Below are positions 36,680-47,841 of a DNA stretch of 64,000 nucleotides, one piece after another. A program made the translations under genes and the position numbers. The notes under the pieces are model-generated. The model saw only the letters and a list, made by a program, of their open reading frames with translations. It did not search any database and had not been told where the DNA came from. Every line of letters begins with the position of its first letter. The first letter of the stretch is position 1. Source of the stretch: Octopus sinensis (lineage: Eukaryota); contig NC_043006.1 in NCBI RefSeq assembly GCF_006345805.1, positions 31,186,001 to 31,250,000 of the forward strand, written 5' to 3'.

Positions 36680-36753
<74 letters not shown>

Positions 36754-36769
36754 GTTACTATTATTATTA

Positions 36770-36830
<61 letters not shown>
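36617..36830. repeat. (CAT)n(TAT)n repeat
   Basis: Direct inspection. Confidence 0.97.
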
Positions 36831-36859
36831 TTCGTCATCAATGTGGAAATCTAACGGAA

Positions 36860-37350
36860 TCACCGAACAAGTTGCTTAGCAGCATTTCTCTGGTTGTTTA
36901 TGTTCTGAGTTCAAATGCCGCTGAGGTCAGTTTCGCCTTTTATCACTTCGGGGTCCGAAAAAAATACCAGTCAAATAATGAGGTCGATATAAGCAACTCT
37001 CCACACCCCCATATTTCAGGCCTTGTGCCTAAATCAGAAAACCTGGTATTCCGTTGGTTACGGCGACGAGGTTCCAGTTAATCCGATTAATGGAACAGCA
37101 TGCTTGTGAAATTAACGTGCAAGTGGCTGAGTACTCTGCAGATACGCGTATCATTAAAGTAGTTTTTAGGGAGATTCAGCGAGACATAGGATGTGACAAG
37201 GCCGGCCCTTTGAATTACAGGAACAACACATTTTTGCCAGCTGACTGGACTGGGGCAATGCGAAATAAAGTGTCTTGTTCACAGATACAGCGTGCTGTCA
37301 AAATCACGATCTTGTGATGGTGAGTCGAAGACCCTAACCACTAAACCACG
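36860..37350. mobile_element. SINE B' copy (+, ~36860-37040) abutting SINE D copy (-, ~37050-37350)
   Basis: gttctgagttcaaatgccgctgaggtc.. followed by ggcgacgaggttccagttaatccgatt..gattcagcgagaca..gtgacaaggccggccctttgaattacagg. Confidence 0.75.
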
Positions 37351-38039
37351 CGTATTGCCCTGAAAGGATGATATAAAGAGGCAAGCTAGTAGAATCTTCA
37401 GTATGCAAGAATAGATGATTTGCGACATTTCTTCCGGCTTCCCATTTTGAGTTCAAATTCCACAGAAATCAACTTAGGCTTTAATCCTTCTGGCCTTATG
37501 CCAAAATTCCAAAGAATTATTTCCACCCTTCCACTTGTCTTGTGGTTTAGCAGCGACAGAAGAATCTTACTAGTTTCGCTATAAGGAATTATGCAAGATG
37601 AGAAAAATCCATCTCGTTGTGGTTGCTGCTGCTTTTATTTATCCACAGGTCAACACTAAACGAGCAGAGGCTCCAACCGTGAACATCTCATTATTTTTCC
37701 AGACAATATGCATCTATGACCAAACTGTTGAATATATCGTTTGTTCATATAATAATTGTATATTTGAGGGAGATTCGGTAGTTATTTCTAGCAAACGGAA
37801 CTGTCATATAGAAGCTCTGTCTGTTTAAAATATTGGCATAGTTACAGAAATTTGTAGAAAGTCTTTTAGAGCGGCCCAAGTAAATGGATGGTGTTTAATT
37901 TATCAACCTAGCGTAGATTTGAACTCGGAACTACGTGACTCACAACTAAATACAGAACATACTTTACGATGGCTTTCTACACTTTCTGTTACATTCATAC
38001 TTTATATATAAAGTTAATTCAAACAAGAAAGCACAAAAA

Positions 38040-38225
38040 AACACAACAACGCAAGGACGTGGAACAAATATAGTATTATTGGACGCTCAGGAAAGAAGGA
38101 AAGAAGGAGGGTTTAACGTTTCGAGCGGAGCTCTTCGTCGGAAACATAGGAGAAGGAAAGATCCAGAGAAGGGAAGACAGAGGAAAAAAATCGCCAACGG
38201 TACACATGAGGTCACATTTTGAAAG
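38040..38225 (-). mobile_element. Penelope-like short repeat carrying a hammerhead motif (38111-38145); homolog of 5960-6135
   Basis: Minus: GTTT-CCGACGA-A-GAGC-TCC-GCTC-GAAAC-GTT-AAAC, then ttcctgagcgtcc..gcgttgttg as in the 6 kb copy. Confidence 0.7.
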
Positions 38226-38256
38226 ACATATATATATATATAATATATATATATAT

Positions 38257-38302
<46 letters not shown>

Positions 38303-38401
38303 ACATATTAATTTTCGTATATTTTCATTTGTCTTGCTTATTTTTACACTGGTTTTTGCTGATTTTTTTTCTTGAGAGCACATTCTTCGTGGAAAATGGC
38401 G

Positions 38402-38461
<60 letters not shown>

Positions 38462-38589
38462 TTCGTCATCAAGGCGGAAATCTAACGGAATCACATATAG
38501 GCTATCCATTTTTTAGTGGTCAGTCCGCTAAATTTTGTATACACACACACACACAACCATAGCTGCATGATGATAAATTTGCTTCCGAA

Positions 38590-39232
38590 CAACATGCTTC
38601 CGGGTTCAGTCCCACTACGCGGCACTTTGGTCAAATGTCTTCTACAATAGCCTCGGGCTAACCAAAGTCTTGTGAGTGGATTTGGTAAACGGAAACTGAA
38701 AGAAGCCTGTCGTATATATCCTTCGAAACGTTTAGTAGATGAAATCTTAGCGACTGAAGAAGAGGATTTTTCGTTGTGCTTATTGTCCTGTATCTCTCCT
38801 TTTTTTTGCTTGTCTTGTTCCTTGGTTTGTGTCTATGTGTTTCGTCTCTCTATGTGTTCGACGTCTTTTTGGTGTCCTGTACACATATATGCGTGTATAT
38901 GTACATGTAGAGGTAGGTACGTACATATATGTTTATATATATGCATATATTCTATTTTATTAACATATATATATATATATACATACATACATAAATGTGT
39001 CTATGTATTTGTGAATGTGTATGTGTGTGCGCGCGTGTTTGTGTCACCATCACCGCATGGCAACCGGTGTTGATGTGTTTACGTCCCAGTAACTTAGTGG
39101 TTCAGTAAAAGTCACCGATAGAATAAATACCAAGCTTAAATAGAAAACAAGCAGTGGGGTCGATTTTTCGACTATAATTCTTCAGGGCGGTGCTCCAGAA
39201 TGGCCGCAGTCAGATCACAGAAGCAAGTAAAA
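38590..39232 (+). mobile_element. SINE family A split at its central microsatellite by a 38716-38890 insertion
   Basis: 5' half 38590-38715 (ccgggttcagtcccactacgcggcac..gaaactgaaagaagcctgtcgtatata); 3' half 39040-39232 (..ggcggtgctccagaatggccgcagtc). Confidence 0.75.
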
Positions 39233-39260
39233 TATAATATAATATGGTACAACATAATAT

Positions 39261-39293
<33 letters not shown>

Positions 39294-39843
39294 ATACTAG
39301 GTGAATAGCCCATCGTTGCCGGGCAATTTCTACAATAGAATGTCTTACATAAATTTTTGTTTATTCCATGTCAGACTATGCCTTCTCCAATAGATAGATC
39401 TCTTGATCAGGACAGATTTGTGCAATTTTTCACAAAAAAATTCCATGACGATCTTTTCCTTTTTGAATTATTTACATGTTTGTTCAACTGTTTCACATAA
39501 CTTTATTCATTAAAACATAGAAAAACTTCAAAAGTTCTTACAACTTTGGTCGTCGTAATGCTTTGCTTTCATTTGCTTAATTAAAATTCCTCCTCGTAAT
39601 GATTTTGCTTTCATTTTGTGATAGACAGCTACCATGCAGAAAATGCCAGCTTCCAAATCCTGTCTTCAGATAAGGTAAAACTGATTAAACTTTAAACCAT
39701 AGTAACATTTTTTTTTTTCAATTTTTTTGGAACCAATAAATAACAAAATTCGATTTAATGTGGAACATCATTTCAATACATCAAATTTGAAAATTTCACA
39801 ATGTGACAGCAACAGGGAAGACCCTAAAAAAGTAGAGACATAC

Positions 39844-39912
39844 AGTTATATTTGTCTTCGGCTTTAGAGTATGACGAGCCGTCAGACTCTAAAACCGAAG
39901 ACAAATACAACT
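39844..39912. other. Near-perfect 69-nt hairpin
   Basis: tatttgtcttcggctttagagtatgac-gagcc-gtcagactctaaaaccgaagacaaata: 27 positions with 2 mismatches, extended by AGTT/AACT. Confidence 0.9.
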
Positions 39913-40085
39913 TTTCAACTATGGGAGGCAGGAATCCGTTACGATCACTCAGTAAGTGACCAAAGAATAAACAATCCGGGTCGGCGAGGACGGGCTATCT
40001 TAGATCAGTTCATCTGGGCCAAAAGAGAGGCAACAAGGAATTTAGCCCTTACGCTGCTTTTAGTTCGTAAGGATATTTCTGGGAT

Positions 40086-40470
40086 CTAAGCGAAGAACGG
40101 GGAATCCCATGCTTGCAGCAGGTAGCGTTTGCAATAGACGCAGGGATTGTAAATTTCCTGGTGAGAGTTCAGTAATCCTGGTTTTAGGAAGTCTTTGAGG
40201 ATCCTTGCTCGCTCAGCTATGCAAATCTTACAGCGTTCGCTCCTACTAATGTAGGGTCCTGGCCACTCTATGATCCTTCATTTGCTATCGTATGGGATCC
40301 CTTCATCTCTGAGGCACCACACATGGCTAGTCAGGGATGTGACAAATCGTCTTTCCGGAATCCTGAAAGAGCACCTGTGGTTGTACAGTTGCCACTTGAA
40401 GGCTGTTCCGGCCGACCCGATAAATGTCCAGGCTTGAGTGTTGGTTGTGTTCACATATCTGACGCATCTT
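40086..40470 (-). pseudogene. Penelope-like element GIY-YIG endonuclease C-terminal remnant
   Basis: VRYVNTTNTQAWTFIGSAGTAFKWQLYNHRCSF...TSLTSHVWCLRDEGIPYDSK*RII...Y...CKICIAERARIL...LLNSHQEIYNPC..CKRYLL matches the PLE Y/FIG..FK.R..NH..SF..T.L..H.W..C.LC..E...LLN...EI...C pattern. One internal stop. Confidence 0.85.
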
Positions 40471-40593
40471 CGGTTGGCCCAGGGCCTGAAGATGTTGCTG
40501 TTGCCGCTGATGTTGCTGGAACTGATATCAATGCTGTTATCATTACGAGGCGTGGGTCTGGCGATATCGCTGCGGCTGTTGTCGTTGTGGTGG

Positions 40594-40635
<42 letters not shown>

Positions 40636-40671
40636 ATGTGTGTGTGTGTGCATGTGTGTCTTTGTGTGTGT

Positions 40672-41165
40672 GTTTGCCCCTTATCATTGGTTGACAACCG
40701 GTGTTGGTCTATTTAAGTCTCCATAGTTTAGTGGTTCGGCAAAACAGACTGACAGAATAATTACAAGGCTTTAAGAAATAAGTCCTGGAGTCATTCGTTC
40801 GACTAAAACCAAAAATAAAATTGAAATAACATCAAGCCTGTGCCCCAGAATGGCCGCCGTCGAATGGCTGAAACAAGTAAAAGATAAGAAGTACATATAT
40901 ACATCTGTGTATGTGTGTGTGTGTGTATATCTATGTGAGTGTGTGTCTTTGAGTCTGTGTTTGCCCCCCTGGCATCGCTTGACGACCGTCGTTGGTGTGC
41001 TTATGTCTCCGTAATATTAGCGGTTCGGCAAAAAAAGACCGATAGAATAAGTACTAGGCTTACAAAGATAAGTCCTGGGGTCGATTTGTTCGACTAAAGC
41101 CCTTTAAGGTGGCGCTCCAGCATGGCCGCAGTCAAATGACTGAAACAAATAACACAATAAAAGAA
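40672..41165 (+). mobile_element. Two consecutive 3' halves of SINE family A (~40672-40882, ~40955-41165)
   Basis: Each has tttgcccc..tgacaacc..ggttcggcaaaa..gatagaataag..gactaaa..ccag.atggccgc..actgaaacaa. Confidence 0.85.
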
Positions 41166-41179
41166 CAAAAGAATACACA

Positions 41180-41237
<58 letters not shown>

Positions 41238-41384
41238 TAGTAATAACGAATCAACGGTCTTCTGCTTGCTCAATTTACAATCTTCTTTATTTCAACGTGA
41301 GCTATATATGTTTGTACGTAGCCATTTTCTGGCGTCTGACATATTGATGTGCCTTGATTCTTAAGGAGTCTTTATAATTAATTT

Positions 41385-41506
41385 ATATACATACATACAT
41401 GTGTGTATGTATGTATGTGTGTATGTATATATGTATGTATGTATGTATGTATAGATATATATAGATTGGTATGTAGATAGATAGATAAATAGATAGATAG
41501 ATAGAC

Positions 41507-41556
<50 letters not shown>

Positions 41557-41670
41557 TTAGATAGTTAAATAGATAGGCTGACAGCCAGCCAGCCAGTCAG
41601 CCAAACGGATAGATAGACAGACAAACAGACAGGCAGATAGATAAATAGATAGACAGACAGACAGACAGAC

Positions 41671-41728
<58 letters not shown>

Positions 41729-41836
41729 TTAGATAGATAGGCTGACAGCCAACCAGCCAGCCAGCCAGACGGATAGATAGATAGACAGATAGACAGACAG
41801 ACAGATAGATAAATATATAGATAGATATATAGATAT

Positions 41837-41877
<41 letters not shown>

Positions 41878-41888
41878 AAGATAGATAG

Positions 41889-41927
<39 letters not shown>

Positions 41928-42075
41928 TAGATAGATAGATAGATAGATAAATAGATGGATAGAGAGGGATAGATAGATAGAGGGATAGACAGATAGAAAG
42001 ATAGATAGAGGGATAGATAGATAGATAGATAGAGGGATAGATAGATAGATAAATAGATAGATAGATAGAAAGAGA
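41385..42075. repeat. (GATA)n/(GACA)n/(GCCA)n compound tract with duplicated sub-block
   Basis: ttagatag..gataggctgacagcca.ccagcc..acggatagatag occurs at ~41557 and ~41728. Confidence 0.93.
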
Positions 42076-42399
42076 GATATGGAGATAGTGCGACAAAATG
42101 AAATTAAAGACTGAAGTGGAGGTGGGGGTGGGGAAATGTGAAACTAATTAAGTGAATAGGAGGGGCAGACGAGGCGGTGGTAATGACGATCTTGGAAGTG
42201 AAAGCGGTTGTGAGTTGGTTAACCGCCGTTCCATTGCTGGTTTTCTGTGGTTTAGCTTTGAATCAAGAAAACGAGGAAACGTCGAAGACTAAAACTTGCA
42301 GACACGAACAAGGAACAAGCTTTACGTGTTATAAATTAATGACAGGGATCGGATCTGTATTACACAGAAGCGATGCGTGCGTGACAACGCAACCGCTAC

Positions 42400-42505
42400 T
42401 GTCGTGGTGGGCGGGGCTACATATGGTGGGTGTCGTCAACCGCCATATTGAAGATGGCCACGAGCACACCTAGGACATCCGGATCCGGTTAACAATGGCG
42501 TCGAT
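42400..42505. promoter_or_regulatory. CpG-rich promoter: GC box and three YY1-type motifs in both orientations
   Basis: GGGCGGGG 42409; CCGCCATATT 42440 (minus-oriented); AAGATGGCC 42451; ACAATGGCG 42492. Confidence 0.6.
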
Positions 42506-42660
42506 TGACATGTAGACCGAGAAACATGGTTTCTTTTGTTTTTTGGGGAGTTTTCGTTTTCGCTAATTTTTAAAATTTTGTTTGTTATGGGTCTGTTATC
42601 AAATACTTTTCACAGAAAAATGTTTTGGGGTGAAGGCGGCGGCGCTGCGGTGAAAGCGAA

Positions 42661-42668
42661 ATGGATAG
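42661..42668 (+). CDS. Candidate start of coding sequence at the end of exon 1 (ATG GAT AG|gtaaga)
   Basis: gcgaaATGG has A at -3 and G at +4; canonical donor AG|GTAAGA at 42668/42669; lies just downstream of the promoter motifs. Confidence 0.4.
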
Positions 42669-42712
42669 GTAAGACTTCGGTGACGTTTCCTAACGTATGC
42701 TTCTGTATACTT

Positions 42713-42749
<37 letters not shown>

Positions 42750-43407
42750 TTGTTGTGTGTGTGTAAATTAGTGTGTATGTGTCTAAATGTTGTGTGTGTG
42801 TGTGGTGTGTGTGTGTGTGGTGTGTGCGTGTGTGTGTGTATGTATGTGTGTATTGTTCAGGAGCGAATAAATTAAGTGTTTGGGTTGATAGTAACGTTTC
42901 AGATGTGTGTGTGTGTATGTGTGTGTGTACGCGCTTGAGTATAATTGTAAATGTATGCATGTATGTATGCACGTGTAGGTGTATGTGTGTATGTGCTTAC
43001 AGATAATTATTATATGTGTGTATGTGCTTACAGATAATTATTATATGTGTGTATGTATGGATGTTGTATGTGTGCGCTTATTAAGCTACATGTGATTATG
43101 TTTGTATATCATAGTGTATGTATGTGTTTGCTTGCATTTCACTGACTATCTGCATGCGTGTGTGTATGCTGTGTGACTGTGTGTGTTTCCTTGTATTGCT
43201 GTGGTTTAGTTCTAAGTCAAACCTGACCGAATAAATCTGTTAGCAAAGGCGTTCCAACCGTGACTGTTTCGCCTTTTGATATATCAGAGACGATATTGTG
43301 TAATTTTCTATAAATTTTTAAAACGGCCGGAGGGACTTGACTGGTGTTTCTAGCAAGTTGAGCGATAAAAAGAGTGTCCCTCATAATATCGTATTATCTA
43401 CCTTCAG

Positions 43408-43457
43408 GTTTGCTCTGCCGGAGCGTTCCTTCCGAGGCCACCGCGCTATTTATTTAG
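43408..43457 (+). CDS. Candidate exon 2 (joined reading MDRFALPERSFRGHRAIYL...), product unrecognised
   Basis: Acceptor ctaccttcag| and donor TAG|gtataa. The frame inherited from 42661-42668 stays open; the alternative phase-1 frame stops. Confidence 0.3.
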
Positions 43458-43599
43458 GTATAATGTACTATGATTCTATTAACCATTGTGTTCTTTATTA
43501 AACATTTTTTCTCCCGATCCTTGGGTGTCCTCAAGGCCGGGTCTTCACGCAGTCATTTGTGAGTGACCAAGATCACAACATTTTCGCTGGTTAGCTGCA

Positions 43600-44963
43600 G
43601 AGTTCAAGGCCAGCGATTTTGAGGGGAAGGGCACAAGTCGATTACGTCGAATCCCAGCACTTGATTGACGTTTATTCTACTGACATCGAAGGCAAAATTT
43701 ACCTCCGTAGAATTTGAACTCATGACGTAAAGAGCCGGAAGAAATATCTATTTCTTTACTACCCACAAGGGGCCAAACACAGAGAGGACAAACAAAGACA
43801 GAAAAAAACGGATTAAGTCGATTATATCGACCCCAGTGCGTAACTGGTACTTATTTAATCGACCCCGAAAGGATGAAAGGCAAAGTCGACCTCTGCGGAA
43901 TTTGAACTCAGAACGTAACAGTAGACGAAATACCGCTCAGCATTTCGCCCGGCGAGCTAACGTTTCTGCCAGCTCACCGCCTTATTTAAAGAATGAAAGT
44001 CAACGTTGACCTGGGCGGAATTCGAACTCAGAATGTAAAGACGGAAGAAATACCTATTTCTTTACTACCCACAAGGAGCTAAACACAGAGATAACAAACA
44101 AGGACAGACAAACGGATTAAGTCGATCGATTATATCGACCCCAGTGCGTAACTGGTACTTAATTTATCAACCCCGAAAGGATGAAAGACAAAGTCGACCT
44201 CTGCGGAATTTGAACTCAGAACATAACGGCAGACGAAATACCTATTTCTTTACTACCCACAAGGGGCTAAACACAGAGATGACAAACAAGGACAGACGCA
44301 CGGATTAAGTCGATTACATCGACCCCAGTGCGTACCTGGTACTTAATTTATCGACCCCGAAAGGATGAAAGGCAAAGTCGACCTCTGCGGAATTTGAACT
44401 CAGAACGTAACAGTAGACGAAATACCGCTCAGCATTTCGCCCGGCGAGCTAACGTTTCTGCCAGCTCACCGCCTTATTTAAAGAATGAAAGTCAACGTTG
44501 ACCTGGGCGGAATTCGAACTCAGAATGTAAAGACGGAAGAAATACTATTTCTTTACTACCCACAAGGAGCTAAACACAGAGATAAACAACAAGACAGACA
44601 AACGGATTAAGTCGATCGATTATATCGACCCCAGTGCGTAACTGGTACTTAATTTATCAACCCCGAAAGGATGAAAGACAAAGTCGACCTCTGCGGAATT
44701 TGAACTCAGAACATAACGGCAGACGAAATACCTATTTCTTTACTACCCACAAGGGGCTAAACACAGAGATGACAAACAAGGACAGACGCACGGATTAAGT
44801 CGATTACATCGACCCCAGTGCGTACCTGGTACTTAATTTATCGACCCCGAAAGGATGAAAGGCAAAGTCGACCTCGGCGGAATTTGAACTCAGAACGTAA
44901 TGGCAGACGAAATACGGCTACGCATTTCGCCCGGCGTGCTAACGTTTCTGCCAGGTCGCCGCC
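43600..44963 (-). mobile_element. Nested/tandem array of SINE family B: full units 44732-44963, 44242-44473, 43748-43981; head-less units 44545-44731, 44054-44241; B' fragments 44474-44544, 43982-44053, 43600-43747
   Basis: Repeated ctatttctttactacccacaagg...cgaccccagtgcgt...gaactcagaac...gacgaaatac blocks, with a ~490-bp higher-order duplication. Confidence 0.95.
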
Positions 44964-45552
44964 TTCATGTTTTAAAATAATAATACCATACATTTTGTAA
45001 ATGGTAGGGTATAATTTGAGAGAGATGTAACTGCTATTTCTGGTCATAACGGTCGATTGCGTCGAGAATCGCTTGATTCGTGCAAAAGCCTCATATGTTT
45101 AATTACCAGCGCTCGCGTTGTGCTTTCCTTTAATTTACTTTGCCAATTAATCCCCTTCTCTTCCTAATGAAGTAATTATTTTATTAACAACACAAGCCAT
45201 CTGGCAGTCGTTTTAGCCTGTCATCTGCTGCCAAGTTTCCTTGTCAAAACTATTAGCATAAAAATAAACTGATTTAGAAACAACCTTTACCCTTGTCATA
45301 TTCAGATCTCGTAATCACCTAACGGGACTGCTTCTAAGTGGTCGCTAAGTTTGCTAGAAAAAGCAGCTAAAGCTCTCTCGGATTACACACTCGAATAAGC
45401 CAGTGGTCAGCCGTGAATGAGTACGGCTTGGTGAGATGTACCATTTTTTTCGCTAAGTGTTTTATGTGCCTATATGGTTGCGAGAGTGGACACAAACACC
45501 TCTTCAGCCCTTCTACTTTTGATCAACTGCTACATCCAGGATAAAACAGCTG

Positions 45553-45590
<38 letters not shown>

Positions 45591-46057
45591 AGAGAGAGCT
45601 ACATTAGTACCCGGGTGGTATCCATTTTCAGCTGATAAGACAAAAGCAATGTGAAATGATGTACCTTGCTCAAACAGAACTCGCTATCCCAGTCCAGGAA
45701 TTGAACCTATGCTATTATGACCATGATCTGAATACCTTACCCACCAGACCCCACACCTTCACCCCATCACTGACCACAGGCCCCGGGCCTTCACCCAATC
45801 ACTGACCACCGACTCAACTAAATAAATGATAAGAGGAGGAGGGCGCATTGGATACCTGTGTCCAACATAGAGCAATATATTTAACGAAATACGACGATGC
45901 AGTCATGGCTGGAACGCCGTTGAGTATGGGTCAGCTCGGAGTCAAACAACGAAGTGTTAAACTAGTCAATGAGAAACGTCAATGTGATCGCTTGATTTTA
46001 TGAAATAGTAGCCATACTGATGATGGAAATACATGGTTGATACGTTTGTTTTCTGTT

Positions 46058-46190
46058 CCGCCGAGGTCAAGTTTGCCTTTTATCTTTTAGGGGTCGATAA
46101 ATTAAGTACCAGTCGCATACTGGGGTCGATCTAATCGACTGGCCTCCTCCCCAAGCATTTCGGGCCTTGTGCATAGAGTAAAAAAGATTA
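46058..46190 (+). mobile_element. SINE B' 3' fragment
   Basis: ttccgccgaggtcaagtttgccttt..ggggtcgataaattaagtaccagt..ctggggtcgatctaatcgact. Confidence 0.8.
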
Positions 46191-46613
46191 TGTTTGTTTC
46201 CTGTAAATCCTTTATGTATTCTGCTCACGTTGTGCTAAATTGTCTCCCTTCCTCGTTAAGCTGAAATGGCCAAAAAGCTCTGGATTTCTTTGGTTTAAGA
46301 TTAAACCCTCCCTCAACGGGATTCTAATTCTGCTCGAATTAAGCTTAAAAATGAAATGAAGTTGTGAAGTTCATGCCTCTACTTGTTTTGGAAAACTATT
46401 AAATGAAGTGATTTACAACTGAGTTTCGAAACCCTGATGTTGATTTACTTTTGTCTGTCTGGGTCCGACTTAAAAAAAAAAAACAACAGAGAAAGGTGAG
46501 GAGGTGGAGGAGGAGGAGAAGGAAGAGAAGGAACGAGACACATAATACATGTGTGTATATAAGATATGTATACTTATGTGTGTACATACAAATGCATGTA
46601 AATGTGTATTTTT

Positions 46614-46644
<31 letters not shown>

Positions 46645-47127
46645 ATGAAAGAAAAAGATGATGAATGAAAAAGAAGTAACAGTACACTTTGACAAGCAAA
46701 AAAGAAGCCAAAAAAACTGTTTTAGTTGGGACTAAAAGAAACGGTTGGTGCCAGCACGTGACCAATTGGTTCTATGTGGAAGCGGTTCTGGTTTCGAACC
46801 AGCTGTAGACGTCTGCGATAGGCGCAGGAACAGTCCAACACCAGCCACTGTTATCAATTGGAATCCAGTTTCAAACGTCGTCTGCAACTGACGCAAGAAT
46901 TCAACAACAAAAGCTGCAATCAACTAAACCTTCCTTTCACTCCAGATTTTACTAAGAATCACCGTTTCTTTCCCTCCCCGCTCTTTACCGCCCACGCTCC
47001 CTCCTTCCGTCTCTCTTTCCCCCTCTCTGTCTCTCATTCTTTCTCCCTCTTCTTTACTCTCTCTTCCTTTCTCTCTCACCGTTTCTTTGTTTTCAACTTT
47101 TTCTACTCCTTTTGTGTTTCTCGCTTC

Positions 47128-47216
<89 letters not shown>

Positions 47217-47226
47217 CAGCTATCTA

Positions 47227-47265
<39 letters not shown>

Positions 47266-47282
47266 GTCTGCCTGTCTGCCAA

Positions 47283-47344
<62 letters not shown>

Positions 47345-47345
47345 A
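47128..47345. repeat. (TATC)n(TGTC)n(TC)n(TA)n compound microsatellite
   Basis: Direct inspection. Confidence 0.97.
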
Positions 47346-47795
47346 ATCTGTCTATCCTCCTGTCTGCCTGTCTATCTACATACATCCCATACGTACATAC
47401 AAGCACACACACACAGACACACACATACAATCACATACGTACATACATACACGGTATTACTGACGGGACATAGACTGTTATGATGTTGGGCTTGTGTTTG
47501 TGAGTTGGATTCGCGGACCGATCGGCGTGTTATAGCCTTGAACAAGGCACTTAACTTCATACTGCTCCAACATGTTCAACTGGAAACAAGTACCAATGGA
47601 ACCTGGATGATTATCCCCTTCGACCTACGAGTGACCCGTTCAGGAGAGAGTCTTGGTCTTTCAGCCTAAACGCCTTTGATATATGAGTAAAAGTCCGGCC
47701 CTATGGGTCAGTTGGCTCCAGACAGACATTTTTATGGGATGTATGTGGATGTACAAATGTACGTATATACGTATATAGATGTGAACGTATGCTTG

Positions 47796-47841
<46 letters not shown>

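Noticed and set aside
39296-39335. ACTAG..CCCATCGTTGCCGGG resembling a Helitron-type 5' end
   Set aside because: No matching 3' hairpin/CTRR end could be assigned confidently.
42177-42473. 98-aa ORF with a hydrophobic N-terminus upstream of the promoter motifs
   Set aside because: It starts at GTG upstream of the inferred TSS region and has no recognisable homology; more likely an incidental frame in a CpG-rich promoter.
43748-44963. Repeat-spacer appearance suggesting a CRISPR-like array
   Set aside because: Units are 187-232-bp SINE copies without unique spacers, in eukaryotic DNA with no cas genes.
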